Below, one piece after another: positions 29,038 to 38,892 of a DNA stretch of 64,000 nt. Under the pieces are notes generated by a model. That model was given only the letters and a program-made list of their open reading frames with translations. It ran no database searches and had not been told where the DNA came from. The DNA is from Gemmatimonadota bacterium. GTDB taxonomy: Bacteria; Latescibacterota; UBA2968; UBA8231. Position 1 is the first letter of the stretch; every line of letters begins with the position of its first letter. The stretch spans positions 1 to 64,000 of the forward strand of contig JAYOYH010000020.1 in the NCBI GenBank assembly GCA_038153405.1, given 5' to 3'. Position numbers and translations under genes: made by a program.

Positions 29038-29325
29038 CTAGGCGAGCGATTTGCCCTGGATGGGCAGCAGTTCGAGTAGGCCCTCGTAGGGACGGGGAAT
29101 CACGTGTGACGCCAAAACCTCGCCCACGCGTTCGGCGGCTTGGACGCCAACGGCAACGGCCGCCTGCACCGAGGCAACATCGCCTCGCACAACGGCTGTT
29201 ACCAGACCGCCGCCAACCGATTGCCAGCCGAGGTACTCCACTTGGGCCGCCTTGGTCATCGCATCGACCGCTTCGATCATGGCGACCCAACCGCGCGTTT
29301 CTACAAATCCCAACGCTCCAACCAT
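29038..29325 (-). CDS. Bacterial microcompartment hexameric shell protein (BMC-H, EutM/PduA-like)
   Basis: 'ALGFVETRG..AMIEAVDAMTKAA', 'GGGLVT..VRGDVASVQAAV', 'HVIPRP'. Confidence 0.95.
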   Translation of the reverse strand: MVGALGFVETRGWVAMIEAVDAMTKAAQVEYLGWQSVGGGLVTAVVRGDVASVQAAVAVGVQAAERVGEVLASHVIPRPYEGLLELLPIQGKSLA

Positions 29326-29443
29326 TTAAAGCCCTCGACGTCTATTAAAATTGCAGGGTAGGCAACCCTACACTAGCCGGTGGAAAATAGGTTGGACCAA
29401 CTTCTCCGTCAAGCACATACAGGCGCCGGTTCGCCTCGTTCAA

Positions 29444-30535
29444 TTACCCTTTAAAAAGGAATTGAATTACATCGCCGTCGCACACTTCATAGTCTTTGCC
29501 CTCAACTCTAAGCAACCCCTCATCGCGCAGTTTTGCCATACTCCCCGCGGCTACAAGCGCGCTGTAATGGGCGACTTCGGCCCGTATAAATCCGGACTCC
29601 ATATCGCTGTGAATGCGGCCGGCCGCCTGCGGTGCACGCATGCCGCGGGGCAGCTGCCAGGCCTGTAGTTTTTCGTTGGCCAGCGTATAGAACGTCACCA
29701 AATTGAGCAGGCCATAGCCGGCTCGAATCAGACGCTCAACGCCGTCGCTGAGCGCCCCCATTTCCTCGGCAAAGGCCAGGCGATCTTCTGCCTCGAGCTC
29801 GACCAGCTCGGCTTCGAGGCGGGCCGCCACCGCAACGACGCGCTCCGCTCCGCCATGGTCGCGAACCTGAGCGAGGCGACGGTTCGCCCATTCATCAGTG
29901 GATTCGTTCATATTGGCGACATAAAGCATCGGCTTTAACGTGAGCAATTGGATGCCTTTTAACGCTTCGCGCTCTTCCCGCGTCAGTTCGAGTTGGCGCA
30001 CAGGTCTGCCCTGGTCCACGGCGTCAAACGCCCTCTCCACGGTGGCCAGTTCGAGCTTTTGCGTTGAGCGTGGATTGGACCGCACGACTTTGCCAAGGTG
30101 AGTGCGTGCACTATCCAGCGCCTTTAAATCCGCCAATAAGAGTTCCGTCTCGAGCGTTTCGATATCGCGTAGGGGGTCTAATTCTCCATCGACGTGTGCC
30201 ACCTCCCCATCTTCAAAACAGCGCACGACCTGTACTAATGCATCGGCTTGGCGTATGTGCTCGAGAAATTGGTTGCCTAATCCCTCCCCGCGATGAGCCC
30301 CCTTCACCAATCCGGCGATGTCGACAAAGCGCATGGAAGCGCCTACGCAACTGCGCGGGTTGACCAATGCCCGTATGCCCTCTAAGCGCTCGTCTATCAC
30401 ATCGACAACCCCAATGTTGGGGTCGACAGTGCAGAAGGCGTAATTGGCCGCTTCGGCATGCCCATGCGTCAACGCATTGAAGAGCGTCGATTTTCCCACA
30501 TTGGGCAGTCCAATTAATCCGATATCTAATGGCAT
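29444..30535 (-). CDS. ychF: Ribosome-binding ATPase YchF
   Basis: '[15 protein letters not shown]', '[18 protein letters not shown]', 'GFIRAEV', 'EGKDY'. Confidence 0.96.
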   Translation of the reverse strand: MPLDIGLIGLPNVGKSTLFNALTHGHAEAANYAFCTVDPNIGVVDVIDERLEGIRALVNPRSCVGASMRFVDIAGLVKGAHRGEGLGNQFLEHIRQADALVQVVRCFEDGEVAHVDGELDPLRDIETLETELLLADLKALDSARTHLGKVVRSNPRSTQKLELATVERAFDAVDQGRPVRQLELTREEREALKGIQLLTLKPMLYVANMNESTDEWANRRLAQVRDHGGAERVVAVAARLEAELVELEAEDRLAFAEEMGALSDGVERLIRAGYGLLNLVTFYTLANEKLQAWQLPRGMRAPQAAGRIHSDMESGFIRAEVAHYSALVAAGSMAKLRDEGLLRVEGKDYEVCDGDVIQFLFKG

Positions 30536-30555
30536 ATTTCTTACTTTACATAATT

Positions 30556-32271
30556 TTAATTATGTGAATTATCTGCCTGCGGTAGCAACTTCGGTTCGAC
30601 GACAATCGTCTTCTCTCTCTTCATAATGGCCTGTCCGGGCGCTCCGCCGCGCGGCTTGCTCACGTATTTTGCCAGCGTATAAACGACGGGAACTTTCTTG
30701 GCCGATTTCCCCTTGCTCCAAAAGGCGGCAACTGCAGCCGCTTCTTCCAGCGCCTGCTTGCTCGGTTCCTCTTTGCGCCCATCCCGCTGCAGCACCACGT
30801 GAGACCCGGGATAACCGTGCGCGTGAAACCAGAAGTCATTTTGCGCAGCCATTCGATGCGTCAATACATCGTTTTCCTTGTTGTTGCGCCCCGCCATAAC
30901 GCGCCAGCCGTCACTGGTAATATATTGGCGCGGATGGGCTAATGCGCCTCCCGAAGACAGTCTCTTCGCTTGTTCGGCCCCCTTGCCTCTTTCCATTAGA
31001 TACCCTTTTTCGGCCAACCAACTCTCGGTTTCCTGCGGTTCAACTTTTTCCCGTTCAAATAGTTCTCTCTGGGAATCCAACTCGCTTAAGCCGGCTACTT
31101 GCTGGCGTATGCGCTCGGGAATGAGCTGTAGCCGCCTCTGGTATTTTTGCGCGCGCTTTAGTAAGTCGGCCGCATTCTGTGCAGCAGAGACAGATGGATT
31201 GAGTTCAATTAGACAGCGGCCCTCACCCGATGGATCAAAGACGTCGACTAATTCAACCCGCTCTGCCCCAGCAGGCACCGAGGCCAGTTGCGCCAGCAGA
31301 ATATGTCCCCACCGCTCCAACTCGGCCCCGTCGCTAGCTTCGTCGAGGTCTGCTTGTAGGGCGGCCAGTTTTCGCCGCCCGTTCTTTTGAGCACGGCGCA
31401 GAGCTTGGCCAATGCGCTCCCGGTGCTGCACTTCTTGCTCTTGGCGGCGGTTGGATTGCACCGCATGCGCTGATACCGCACTAATCGCCCCCCTTTGAAC
31501 TTGCCCATTGCCATCGAGCCGGCGCGGTGCTAAGGCTGAAAAATGCCATCGGTTTCCCGCGGTATAAGCATATCCTTCTGCCGTTCGCGCTTCTTCAAAA
31601 AAGCCGGTCGCCACTTCCCACAGGGCATGGAGGGAGGCCGTATCGGCTACTGTATTCGGATCGATTGTGGCGCGATAAAAGAGTTCGGCTAACTGCTGGC
31701 GGTCGGAACCGACCAATAACCGACGGCAAACCCCCTCCAATTGGAGGTCTTCCTGAGCCATGGCCGCGTCGATAAACTCATCCAAGCTATCGGCGCCGGG
31801 CAGAAAGCGCCGACCACCCGTCGGTGCACTGTACGGCTGGCCTGGACGCAGGCGTTTTTCTCCCCCCCAGACGCCCAATACCTGGCCCGTGCGCTCGCTG
31901 AGCAGAGCAGCCGTCAAGTGGTTGTTGAGCATTTCAAAAAGCAGCGTGCCCCGCGAGGTCTCCCCACGGCTGTTTACTCGCTCTAGCACCAAGCGCACCA
32001 CGCGATCGCGATCGCCCGCAACGGCCCCTAAAATCCGCGCCCCGCGCAGATAGCGCTCAGGGCCCTCTCCATGCCCTCCTTCACTTTGGCGCTGGCGACC
32101 TTCCAGCAGTCTCAACGTGCCCTCGCGCCTGCATTCGGCCAACAGCCCACGGGCGGCGCATTCCACATAGAGCACCGTCCCTCGCGTATTGGCTGCAGCG
32201 ATTAGCTGACCAGCTAGGGCGGCATCCAATTCGGTCGAAAGGGCGCAAACAGTGTAGTAGTCGTATGCCAT
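30556..32271 (-). CDS. rqcH: Ribosome quality control protein RqcH/Rqc2 (FbpA/NFACT family)
   Basis: NFACT-N 'DR' motif, coiled coil, NFACT-R 'GRNNKENDVLT...WFHAHGYPGSHVV'. Confidence 0.82.
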   Translation of the reverse strand: MAYDYYTVCALSTELDAALAGQLIAAANTRGTVLYVECAARGLLAECRREGTLRLLEGRQRQSEGGHGEGPERYLRGARILGAVAGDRDRVVRLVLERVNSRGETSRGTLLFEMLNNHLTAALLSERTGQVLGVWGGEKRLRPGQPYSAPTGGRRFLPGADSLDEFIDAAMAQEDLQLEGVCRRLLVGSDRQQLAELFYRATIDPNTVADTASLHALWEVATGFFEEARTAEGYAYTAGNRWHFSALAPRRLDGNGQVQRGAISAVSAHAVQSNRRQEQEVQHRERIGQALRRAQKNGRRKLAALQADLDEASDGAELERWGHILLAQLASVPAGAERVELVDVFDPSGEGRCLIELNPSVSAAQNAADLLKRAQKYQRRLQLIPERIRQQVAGLSELDSQRELFEREKVEPQETESWLAEKGYLMERGKGAEQAKRLSSGGALAHPRQYITSDGWRVMAGRNNKENDVLTHRMAAQNDFWFHAHGYPGSHVVLQRDGRKEEPSKQALEEAAAVAAFWSKGKSAKKVPVVYTLAKYVSKPRGGAPGQAIMKREKTIVVEPKLLPQADNSHN

Positions 32272-32305
32272 TTCCTATCGAGGGCTTTCCCAAGCACACA
32301 CAGCG

Positions 32306-32336
32306 AAGGGCGAAGAGCACAATGCCCCTCGCCCCT
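32306..32336 (-). terminator. Stem-loop immediately downstream of valS
   Basis: ggggcgaggggca-ttg-tgctcttcgccct hairpin with G-U pairs; weak U-tail. Confidence 0.45.
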
Positions 32337-32359
32337 ATATTACCAACGGCATCGCTCTC

Positions 32360-35125
32360 TTAGGCAATGCGCTGCAAACTATCGCGCAGGCTCTGCAAAT
32401 TATCGCTGTACTCGACCAACCGCAGACGCTCTTTCTCAACGACTTCGGCCGGTGCATTGGCGACGAATTGTTCGTTGCCCAGCTTGCCGTTCAACCCGCT
32501 TATCAGTTTTTCAAACTTGGCGATTTCTTTCTGTAGGCGAGCGCGCTCAATATCGAGATCAATTATGCCCTCGAGAGGCACGTAAATCTCTATGTTTCCC
32601 ACGACGGCGCTGCCCGAAGCGGCAGGAGGCTCGACCTCTATCCCAACCGATATCGCACTCGCCCGCACCATGGGCGAAATAAAGGGAACCATCCGCTCCA
32701 TATCGGCAGTCACATCGGCGTTGGGCACGGAAATAAGCACGGTGATTCGCGTAGAAGGCGGCACGTTCATTTCAGAGCGGATCGTGCGCACCGCCGTGAC
32801 CACCTCCTGCACGCGCGCCATATCCCGCTCAGCCTCCTCGTCTATATCGTCCTCGATGAGGCGCGGCCATTCGGCCACGACGATGCTCTCGGGAGCGCGT
32901 TCGGGCTTGGGCAATGCCTGCCAGAGCGACTCCGTCATAAAAGGCATCACCGGATGCATCAAGCGCAGTGCCGTTTCGAGGATTTGCACCAAATTGGCCT
33001 GCACGGGTAAGCGCTCTTGCGCGCGCTCGTCCTGCAATCGCCCTTTGGCCAGCTCGAGATACCAGTCGCAGTAATCGCGCCACAAGAAGTCGTACAGGGT
33101 GCGGATCACATCGCTAAAGCGATAGGCGTGCAGTCGTTCGTCCATTTCGGCAATCGTGCGCGACAGGCGGCTCCAAATCCAGCGATCGGGCAGCAACTCG
33201 GCGCCGCGCACCGCGTGTTCCGGCGCGTAGCCTTGCAAGTTCATCAGCACAAAGCGCGCGGCGTTCCACACCTTATTGCCAAAGTTACGCCCCATCTCGG
33301 CACTGGCCGACGACGTAACGACATTGTTTTCGATTTCGGCGTCAAAGCGAACATCCTGCACCGCCCCAGCCTGTGCCAAAAGGCAAAAGCGCGTAGCATC
33401 TGCGCCATATAATTCGACCAAGTCGAGCGGGTTGAGACCCGTTCCCAAACTCTTGCTCATGCGACGGCCATCTTTTGTCAGAATCGTCGGGTGAACGAGC
33501 ACAGTTCGAAACGGGATTTGACCGCGGCATTCGACCGATGTCATCACCATGCGCAACACCCAAAGATAGAGAATGTCGCGAGCCGTAATCATCAGATCCG
33601 TCGGATAGAAGTAATCGAGCTCGGCCTCTTCGCGCGGCCAGCCCAATGTGGCAAATGGCCACAGGGCGGAAGAAAACCACGTATCCAACACATCGGGATC
33701 TTGCACCCAATCCGCCCTGCCACAGTCTGGGCACCGATCGGGCTGGCAAACGCTGACGTGCGGCTTGGCTCCATCGGCCACCGATACGCGAAAGCTGCCC
33801 TCGGCAAAAGCCTTTTCGGCATCGAGCCCACCCATGGGAATTAGACCGTCGCTACTGCAGTGCAAACAGTACCAAGCGGGTATGCGGTGGCCCCACCAGA
33901 TTTGACGCGAAAGCGCCCAGTCGCGGATATTGTCCAACCACTCGACGGCGTAGCCGCGAAAGCGCTCTGGAACGTAGTTGACCTGTTCACTCGTCAGCAC
34001 GGGCTTGGTCTTCTGCGCTAGCTCCTCCATATTCATGAACCACTGCTCCATGGGCAGCGGTTCAATCACCGTCCCGCACTTGTCGTGATGGGGCACCGCG
34101 TGCAGATGGTCGACCGTATTGACCAGCAGGCCGACCTCCTCGAGTTCGGCGACAAGCTGCCTGCGACAGGCATAGCGCTCCAACCCGGCATAGCGGCCAG
34201 CTTCTTCCGTCATCACACCGTCAAAGCCAATTACTTGTATATGCGCCAAACCGTGGCGCTCGCCGATGGCATAGTCGTTGGGATCGTGGCAGGGCGTCAC
34301 CTTGACGGCACCGCTCCCCATTTCGGGATCGGCGTATTCATCGGCGACAATGACAATGGAACGCTCGGCCAGCGGCAACAAAACTTGACGACCAACGGCC
34401 CCGCTCCAGCGCCCATCGCCCGGGTGCACGGCTACGGCGGTATCGCCCAACATGGTTTCTGGGCGAGTTGTGGCCACGACGACATCGGGACCGCCGTCCA
34501 AACCGGGATAGCGGATGTGCCATAGCGATCCGTTAAGCTCGCGCTCTTCGGTCTCCAGATCGGATATGACGGTTCGACATTCGGGGCACCAGTTAATCAT
34601 GCGCCGTCCGCGGTAAATCCAACCGCGCTCCTGAAAGCGCTCAAACGCCTGCAGCACGGCCTCCGCGTACGCATCGTCGAGGGTGAAGCGCGCGCGCCGC
34701 CAATCGTAGCTCGAGCCTAGCTTGCGCAGCTGGTGGTAAATGGCATCGCCGTATTTATCGCGCCAGGCGCGTATGCGCTCGAGCAGGGCCTCGCGGCCAA
34801 TGTCGTAGCGACTCAATCCCTCTTCCGCAGCTAGCTGCTGTTCCACCTTCATCTGGGTGGCAATACCGGCGTGATCCGTACCGGGTAAACAGAGCGTTTC
34901 ATAGCCCTGCATGCGCTTCCAGCGAACCACCATATCGTGGATGGCGTGTTGGATCGCGTGCCCCATGTGCAGTTCTCCCGTCACATTGGGAGGCGGTATG
35001 GTAATGCAATAGGCCGGCTTGTCAGAGCGTGGATCCGCGTTAAAAAATCCGCGCTCCTCCCAGTGGGCATACCACCTTTCTTCCGCGCTTTTGGGGTCGT
35101 AGGTCTTCTCTAGTTCTGGCACCAT
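32360..35125 (-). CDS. valS: Valine--tRNA ligase
   Basis: 'PPPNVTGELHMGH', 'DHAGIATQ', 'SRQIWWGHRIP', 'DVLDTWFSS', 'RMSKSLG', C-terminal coiled coil. Confidence 0.98.
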   Translation of the reverse strand: MVPELEKTYDPKSAEERWYAHWEERGFFNADPRSDKPAYCITIPPPNVTGELHMGHAIQHAIHDMVVRWKRMQGYETLCLPGTDHAGIATQMKVEQQLAAEEGLSRYDIGREALLERIRAWRDKYGDAIYHQLRKLGSSYDWRRARFTLDDAYAEAVLQAFERFQERGWIYRGRRMINWCPECRTVISDLETEERELNGSLWHIRYPGLDGGPDVVVATTRPETMLGDTAVAVHPGDGRWSGAVGRQVLLPLAERSIVIVADEYADPEMGSGAVKVTPCHDPNDYAIGERHGLAHIQVIGFDGVMTEEAGRYAGLERYACRRQLVAELEEVGLLVNTVDHLHAVPHHDKCGTVIEPLPMEQWFMNMEELAQKTKPVLTSEQVNYVPERFRGYAVEWLDNIRDWALSRQIWWGHRIPAWYCLHCSSDGLIPMGGLDAEKAFAEGSFRVSVADGAKPHVSVCQPDRCPDCGRADWVQDPDVLDTWFSSALWPFATLGWPREEAELDYFYPTDLMITARDILYLWVLRMVMTSVECRGQIPFRTVLVHPTILTKDGRRMSKSLGTGLNPLDLVELYGADATRFCLLAQAGAVQDVRFDAEIENNVVTSSASAEMGRNFGNKVWNAARFVLMNLQGYAPEHAVRGAELLPDRWIWSRLSRTIAEMDERLHAYRFSDVIRTLYDFLWRDYCDWYLELAKGRLQDERAQERLPVQANLVQILETALRLMHPVMPFMTESLWQALPKPERAPESIVVAEWPRLIEDDIDEEAERDMARVQEVVTAVRTIRSEMNVPPSTRITVLISVPNADVTADMERMVPFISPMVRASAISVGIEVEPPAASGSAVVGNIEIYVPLEGIIDLDIERARLQKEIAKFEKLISGLNGKLGNEQFVANAPAEVVEKERLRLVEYSDNLQSLRDSLQRIA

Positions 35126-35269
35126 GTCATCTGCTGTTATTTTATGTTTTAAATATACTTATCATCCCAATATAGGGGGTAAACTCCCGGTTGACAACGC
35201 CGTCCTCCACACAGTGGTCTCCATATTGCTATACCTATGATGTAAACCAAACGCTCCAGGAGAAAACGC

Positions 35270-35401
35270 ATGCTAGCCATCGCCCATTCCCTCACCAAAA
35301 AGGCCTTTACGCTAACCGGTTTTATCCTCACATTGGGCGCATTTGCCCTCTTTCTGGCCGCCGTTCCCATCCTCCTCCTTTCCCTACTCTGGCTCCATTA
35401 A
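35270..35401 (+). CDS. Small single-TM protein (43 aa; not in ORF track)
   Basis: AGGAG RBS 7 nt before ATG; MLAIAHSLTKKAFTLTGFILTLGAFALFLAAVPILLLSLLWLH. Confidence 0.6.
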   Translation: MLAIAHSLTKKAFTLTGFILTLGAFALFLAAVPILLLSLLWLH

Positions 35402-35534
35402 GGAGAAAAACATACCCCCTCCCCCCATTCGGATCGAAGTAATTTCCCCACCGACTTTACAGGTAGATCGCTTTTCACTTTTTTAGTCGACAAGCGGTGG
35501 ATTTTCTTTAACTCACAACATCCCCTGATATACC

Positions 35535-36440
35535 ATGCCCAACTGGGCCGACTTACTCACCGAACAGCGAAACCCAGCCAGCGAGCACATCGATGAAGTG
35601 TCCACGCTGGAAATGCTGGAAATTATACATGCTGAAGACGAGCAAGTGCCCCGTGCCGTGGGCGCTGAGCTGGCCCCCATTGCCCGCGCCGTCGATCTGG
35701 TGAGCGCAGCCTTCAAGCGCGGCGGGCGGCTATTTTACCTCGGGGCCGGCACCAGCGGCCGACTCGGCATTCTCGACGCCTCCGAATGCCCTCCAACCTT
35801 TCGCGCACCACCAGAGCAGGTTCAGGGTTTAATAGCCGGAGGCGAACGGGCCGTTTTCCGCGCGGTGGAAGGAGCCGAAGACGATCCAAACGGCGCCATC
35901 GTCCAGCTACGTGAGCGCGCTCTCGGCGCAGCTGATGTAGTCATGGGCATTGCCGCCAGCGGCGTCACGCCCTATGTCCTGGGGGGATTGCGCTTTGCCA
36001 AAATGCAGGGGTGTTCGACGATTTTCTTTACCTGTAGTGCGGTGCGCCCTCCCGATGAAGTGGATCTATTGATTGCTCCGCGCGTAGGCCCCGAGGTCCT
36101 CACCGGTTCCACCCGCATGAAAGCCGGTACGGCGACCAAGCTGGTGCTCAATATGATTACCACGGGGGCGATGATTCGCTGCGGCAAGACCTACGGCAAC
36201 CTGATGGTCGACCTGCAACCGAGCAACGCCAAACTGCTCGACCGCAGCAGGCGTATCTTTTCTGCGCTTACCGGCACGGACGGCGAAACCGCCGCCCAGC
36301 GGCTAACCGCTGCCGATGGCGATCTAAAAATAGCCCTCGTCATGGAACTGTGCGAAATTGATCGGGGCTCGGCCAGGCTTCTCCTCGAAAACCACGGCGG
36401 CAGCGTTAAGGGAGCCGTGCGAGCGTCGCTGCAGCAATGA
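35535..36440 (+). CDS. murQ: N-acetylmuramic acid 6-phosphate etherase
   Basis: 'TEQRNP', 'GAGTSGRLGILDASECPPTF', 'EGAED', 'GSTRMKAGTATK', 'NLMVD'. Confidence 0.96.
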   Translation: MPNWADLLTEQRNPASEHIDEVSTLEMLEIIHAEDEQVPRAVGAELAPIARAVDLVSAAFKRGGRLFYLGAGTSGRLGILDASECPPTFRAPPEQVQGLIAGGERAVFRAVEGAEDDPNGAIVQLRERALGAADVVMGIAASGVTPYVLGGLRFAKMQGCSTIFFTCSAVRPPDEVDLLIAPRVGPEVLTGSTRMKAGTATKLVLNMITTGAMIRCGKTYGNLMVDLQPSNAKLLDRSRRIFSALTGTDGETAAQRLTAADGDLKIALVMELCEIDRGSARLLLENHGGSVKGAVRASLQQ

Positions 36441-37390
36441 TTTATTCCCTTTTGGGCTCGACTGAGTTTTCCGTTTCGCGCCTTGGTTTAGGCACCGTGC
36501 AGCTTGGCATGCCCTACGGCCTCGATGACGCACAGCCCCCCGACGACGACACCTGTATCGCCCTTGTCCGCCAAGCCATTGAAGCTGGCATCAATTATAT
36601 CGATACCGCTTCGGCCTACGGGCGCAGTGAAGCGCTGGTCGGCCGTGCCTGCAGCGGATTGAGCGCGCAGCCCATCGTCTGCACCAAAGTCTCCCTGCCC
36701 GAAACCAACGAAAGCCGCGCGCTGGTCGGCCATTTCCGCGAACAATTGGACAACAGCCGTCGCCTACTCAACCGCGATGTGCTGCCCTTAGTCAAACTGC
36801 ACAGCCAACAGGGCTCCTTTACCTACCCAGCCCTCTTTGAAGCCATGGATACATTTTCTGCGCTTGGCTGGGTGCAGCACTGGGGAGTGACCACCTATGG
36901 GATCCAAGCCCCCCAGTTGGCGCTGAGCTTTCCCCAATACTTCCGCGCACTGCAAATTCCCTACAATGCCCTCGACCGCTTGTCCGAAGAAGCGCTCTTT
37001 CCAACCGCGGCGGCCAAGCAAGTGGGCCTTGTCGCCCGCTCCGCCTTTTTACAGGGCATCCTGACCGACCGCTTTGAGGTTCTTCCCCCTGCCCTCGTTC
37101 CGCTGCAACCCAGCCTGCGCGCGCTGCGCGACGTAGCCCAACAGGCCGGCCTATCTCTAGCCGAATTAGCCTTTCGCTATGTAGCCCATCACCCGGCCAT
37201 CCACACGGCGCTCTTTGGCACCGCTTCGGCCACCGAACTGCGCGCCAATCTCCACTACTTTCAGCAGGGGCCCCTGCCCGATGACCTTTTGAGCGCCATT
37301 CGAGGCGTGCACGTGGCCGCGCCCGAATTGCTCAACCCGAGCAACTGGCAGCAGCCAGCCCCACCATTGCAGACGAGACGCAACGCATGA
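36437..37390 (+). CDS. Aldo/keto reductase
   Basis: 'LGLGTVQLG', 'IDTASAYG.SE', 'CTK', 'QIPYNALD'. Confidence 0.9.
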   Translation: MIYSLLGSTEFSVSRLGLGTVQLGMPYGLDDAQPPDDDTCIALVRQAIEAGINYIDTASAYGRSEALVGRACSGLSAQPIVCTKVSLPETNESRALVGHFREQLDNSRRLLNRDVLPLVKLHSQQGSFTYPALFEAMDTFSALGWVQHWGVTTYGIQAPQLALSFPQYFRALQIPYNALDRLSEEALFPTAAAKQVGLVARSAFLQGILTDRFEVLPPALVPLQPSLRALRDVAQQAGLSLAELAFRYVAHHPAIHTALFGTASATELRANLHYFQQGPLPDDLLSAIRGVHVAAPELLNPSNWQQPAPPLQTRRNA

Positions 37391-37779
37391 GCGAAGTAGC
37401 CTATACGAGTTGGGGCTTGATTCCCTACGACGACGATGTGCTGGCTGCAGGCCCCACCTCAACACATCCTCCCATGATCGGCAATCTGTCACTCGACAGG
37501 CATTCTAGCCTGGTGTTTCAACTAGCGGCTGCACCCGACCCACTGGGCGTACGCCTGGTCACCACGGCTTTTTCTGCCCCAGATCCCGAACGGGCATTTC
37601 AATTGTTCACCGGCTCCACAATGGACGAATACCGCCCGCTGGAGAAAACGGTATGGCAGCTCAAATACGACGGCCCCTTTGCCCACTGCAGCACGAAGAT
37701 TCAAGAAGTAGGAACGGTGATCAAGCTGCACTGTACTTCCGCTTCCAGCATCGTGATAACCAGCGTACATTTCTCTTAG
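37387..37779 (+). CDS. Hypothetical protein
   Basis: Translationally coupled (ATGA) inside the operon; no recognisable motif. Confidence 0.6.
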   Translation: MSEVAYTSWGLIPYDDDVLAAGPTSTHPPMIGNLSLDRHSSLVFQLAAAPDPLGVRLVTTAFSAPDPERAFQLFTGSTMDEYRPLEKTVWQLKYDGPFAHCSTKIQEVGTVIKLHCTSASSIVITSVHFS

Positions 37780-37788
37780 GAGACGCGC

Positions 37789-38886
37789 ATGACAAGCGAG
37801 TTGATAGGGGCCAACCAAGATGCGATTGACACGCCCCACCTACTGCTCGACCTCGATCTTTTAGAGCAGAACATTCGATCTATGAGCGCCTTTTGCAGCC
37901 AACACCAGTGTCAGTGGCGGCCGCACAGCAAGGCGCATAAATGCCCACAAATCGCCCATATGCAAATCGCGGCCGGCGCCGTCGGCATCACCTGCGCCAA
38001 ACTAGGCGAGGCCGAGCTTATGGCCCATCATGGCATAGGACAAATCCTCCTAGCCAACCAGCTCAGTACGCCGACTAAATGGGCCCGATTAGCCGCGTTG
38101 CAGGAAGAGTCCGAAGTAATTGCCAGCGTCGATGACGAGGCGGTAATTCCCCTAGCCGAAGAGGCCGCACGCCGCCGAGCAACACGCATCCCCCTCGTAG
38201 TTGAACTCGACATCGGCATGGGTCGGGTAGGGGTAGTCGAGGTAGACGATGTGTTGGCCCTCGCCCGGCGCATACACGAGAGCGATGCCCTCGAGTTTCG
38301 CGGACTCATGGGCTACGAGGGGCACGTCCTCGCCGTCCAGCCTGCAATGAAAAAAGAGGAGGCCTGTCGGAGCGCCGTTGGCCGCCTGCTGCAGGCTCGC
38401 GATTACCTACTGGAAAACGGCCTTGCCTGCCCCATCATCAGCGCCGGCGGCACCGGGTCGTACCGCATTACGGCGACGATGTCCGGGGTAACCGAAGTGC
38501 AGGCGGGCGGCGGCATCTTTATGGACGCCAAATACCGGGACGAATTCCACGTCGAAGGTTTGCAAACGGCTCTGCGACTAGTGGCCAGCGTCACCAGTCG
38601 CAGAGCCGGACAAATTGTCACCGACAGCGGCTTTAAAAGCCTCTCCGCGCACCACGGCGCTCCCCAAGTCTTGAACCACACCGGCATTGAGTTGAAATAC
38701 CTATCGGCAGAGCACGGCGTGTTCAATGTGGTCGAACACGCGCCTCTCCCCGCGCTAGGGGCACGCGTTGAACTCGGCTTGGGCTATACGGACTCTACGA
38801 CATTTCTACACGACGTTTTTTGGGGTGTGCGCGGAGGGACCGTGGAGTCCATCCTGCCCATTCTTGGCCGGGGCCTGTTAACTTAA
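37789..38886 (+). CDS. Fold-type III PLP enzyme, DSD1 / D-threonine aldolase family
   Basis: 'RPHSKAHK', 'CAKLGEAE', 'MGYEGH', 'GGTG', 'SAEHG'; AGGAG RBS. Confidence 0.88.
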   Translation: MTSELIGANQDAIDTPHLLLDLDLLEQNIRSMSAFCSQHQCQWRPHSKAHKCPQIAHMQIAAGAVGITCAKLGEAELMAHHGIGQILLANQLSTPTKWARLAALQEESEVIASVDDEAVIPLAEEAARRRATRIPLVVELDIGMGRVGVVEVDDVLALARRIHESDALEFRGLMGYEGHVLAVQPAMKKEEACRSAVGRLLQARDYLLENGLACPIISAGGTGSYRITATMSGVTEVQAGGGIFMDAKYRDEFHVEGLQTALRLVASVTSRRAGQIVTDSGFKSLSAHHGAPQVLNHTGIELKYLSAEHGVFNVVEHAPLPALGARVELGLGYTDSTTFLHDVFWGVRGGTVESILPILGRGLLT

Positions 38887-38892
38887 AAGCCG

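Noticed and set aside
29015..29290. Long N-terminal extension of the flippase-like ORF
   Set aside because: Overlaps the clear BMC-H gene in another frame; Arg/Gly-rich junk
35126..35534. T-box leader upstream of valS
   Set aside because: No GGTGGNACCGCG T-box motif or terminator/antiterminator seen on the minus strand
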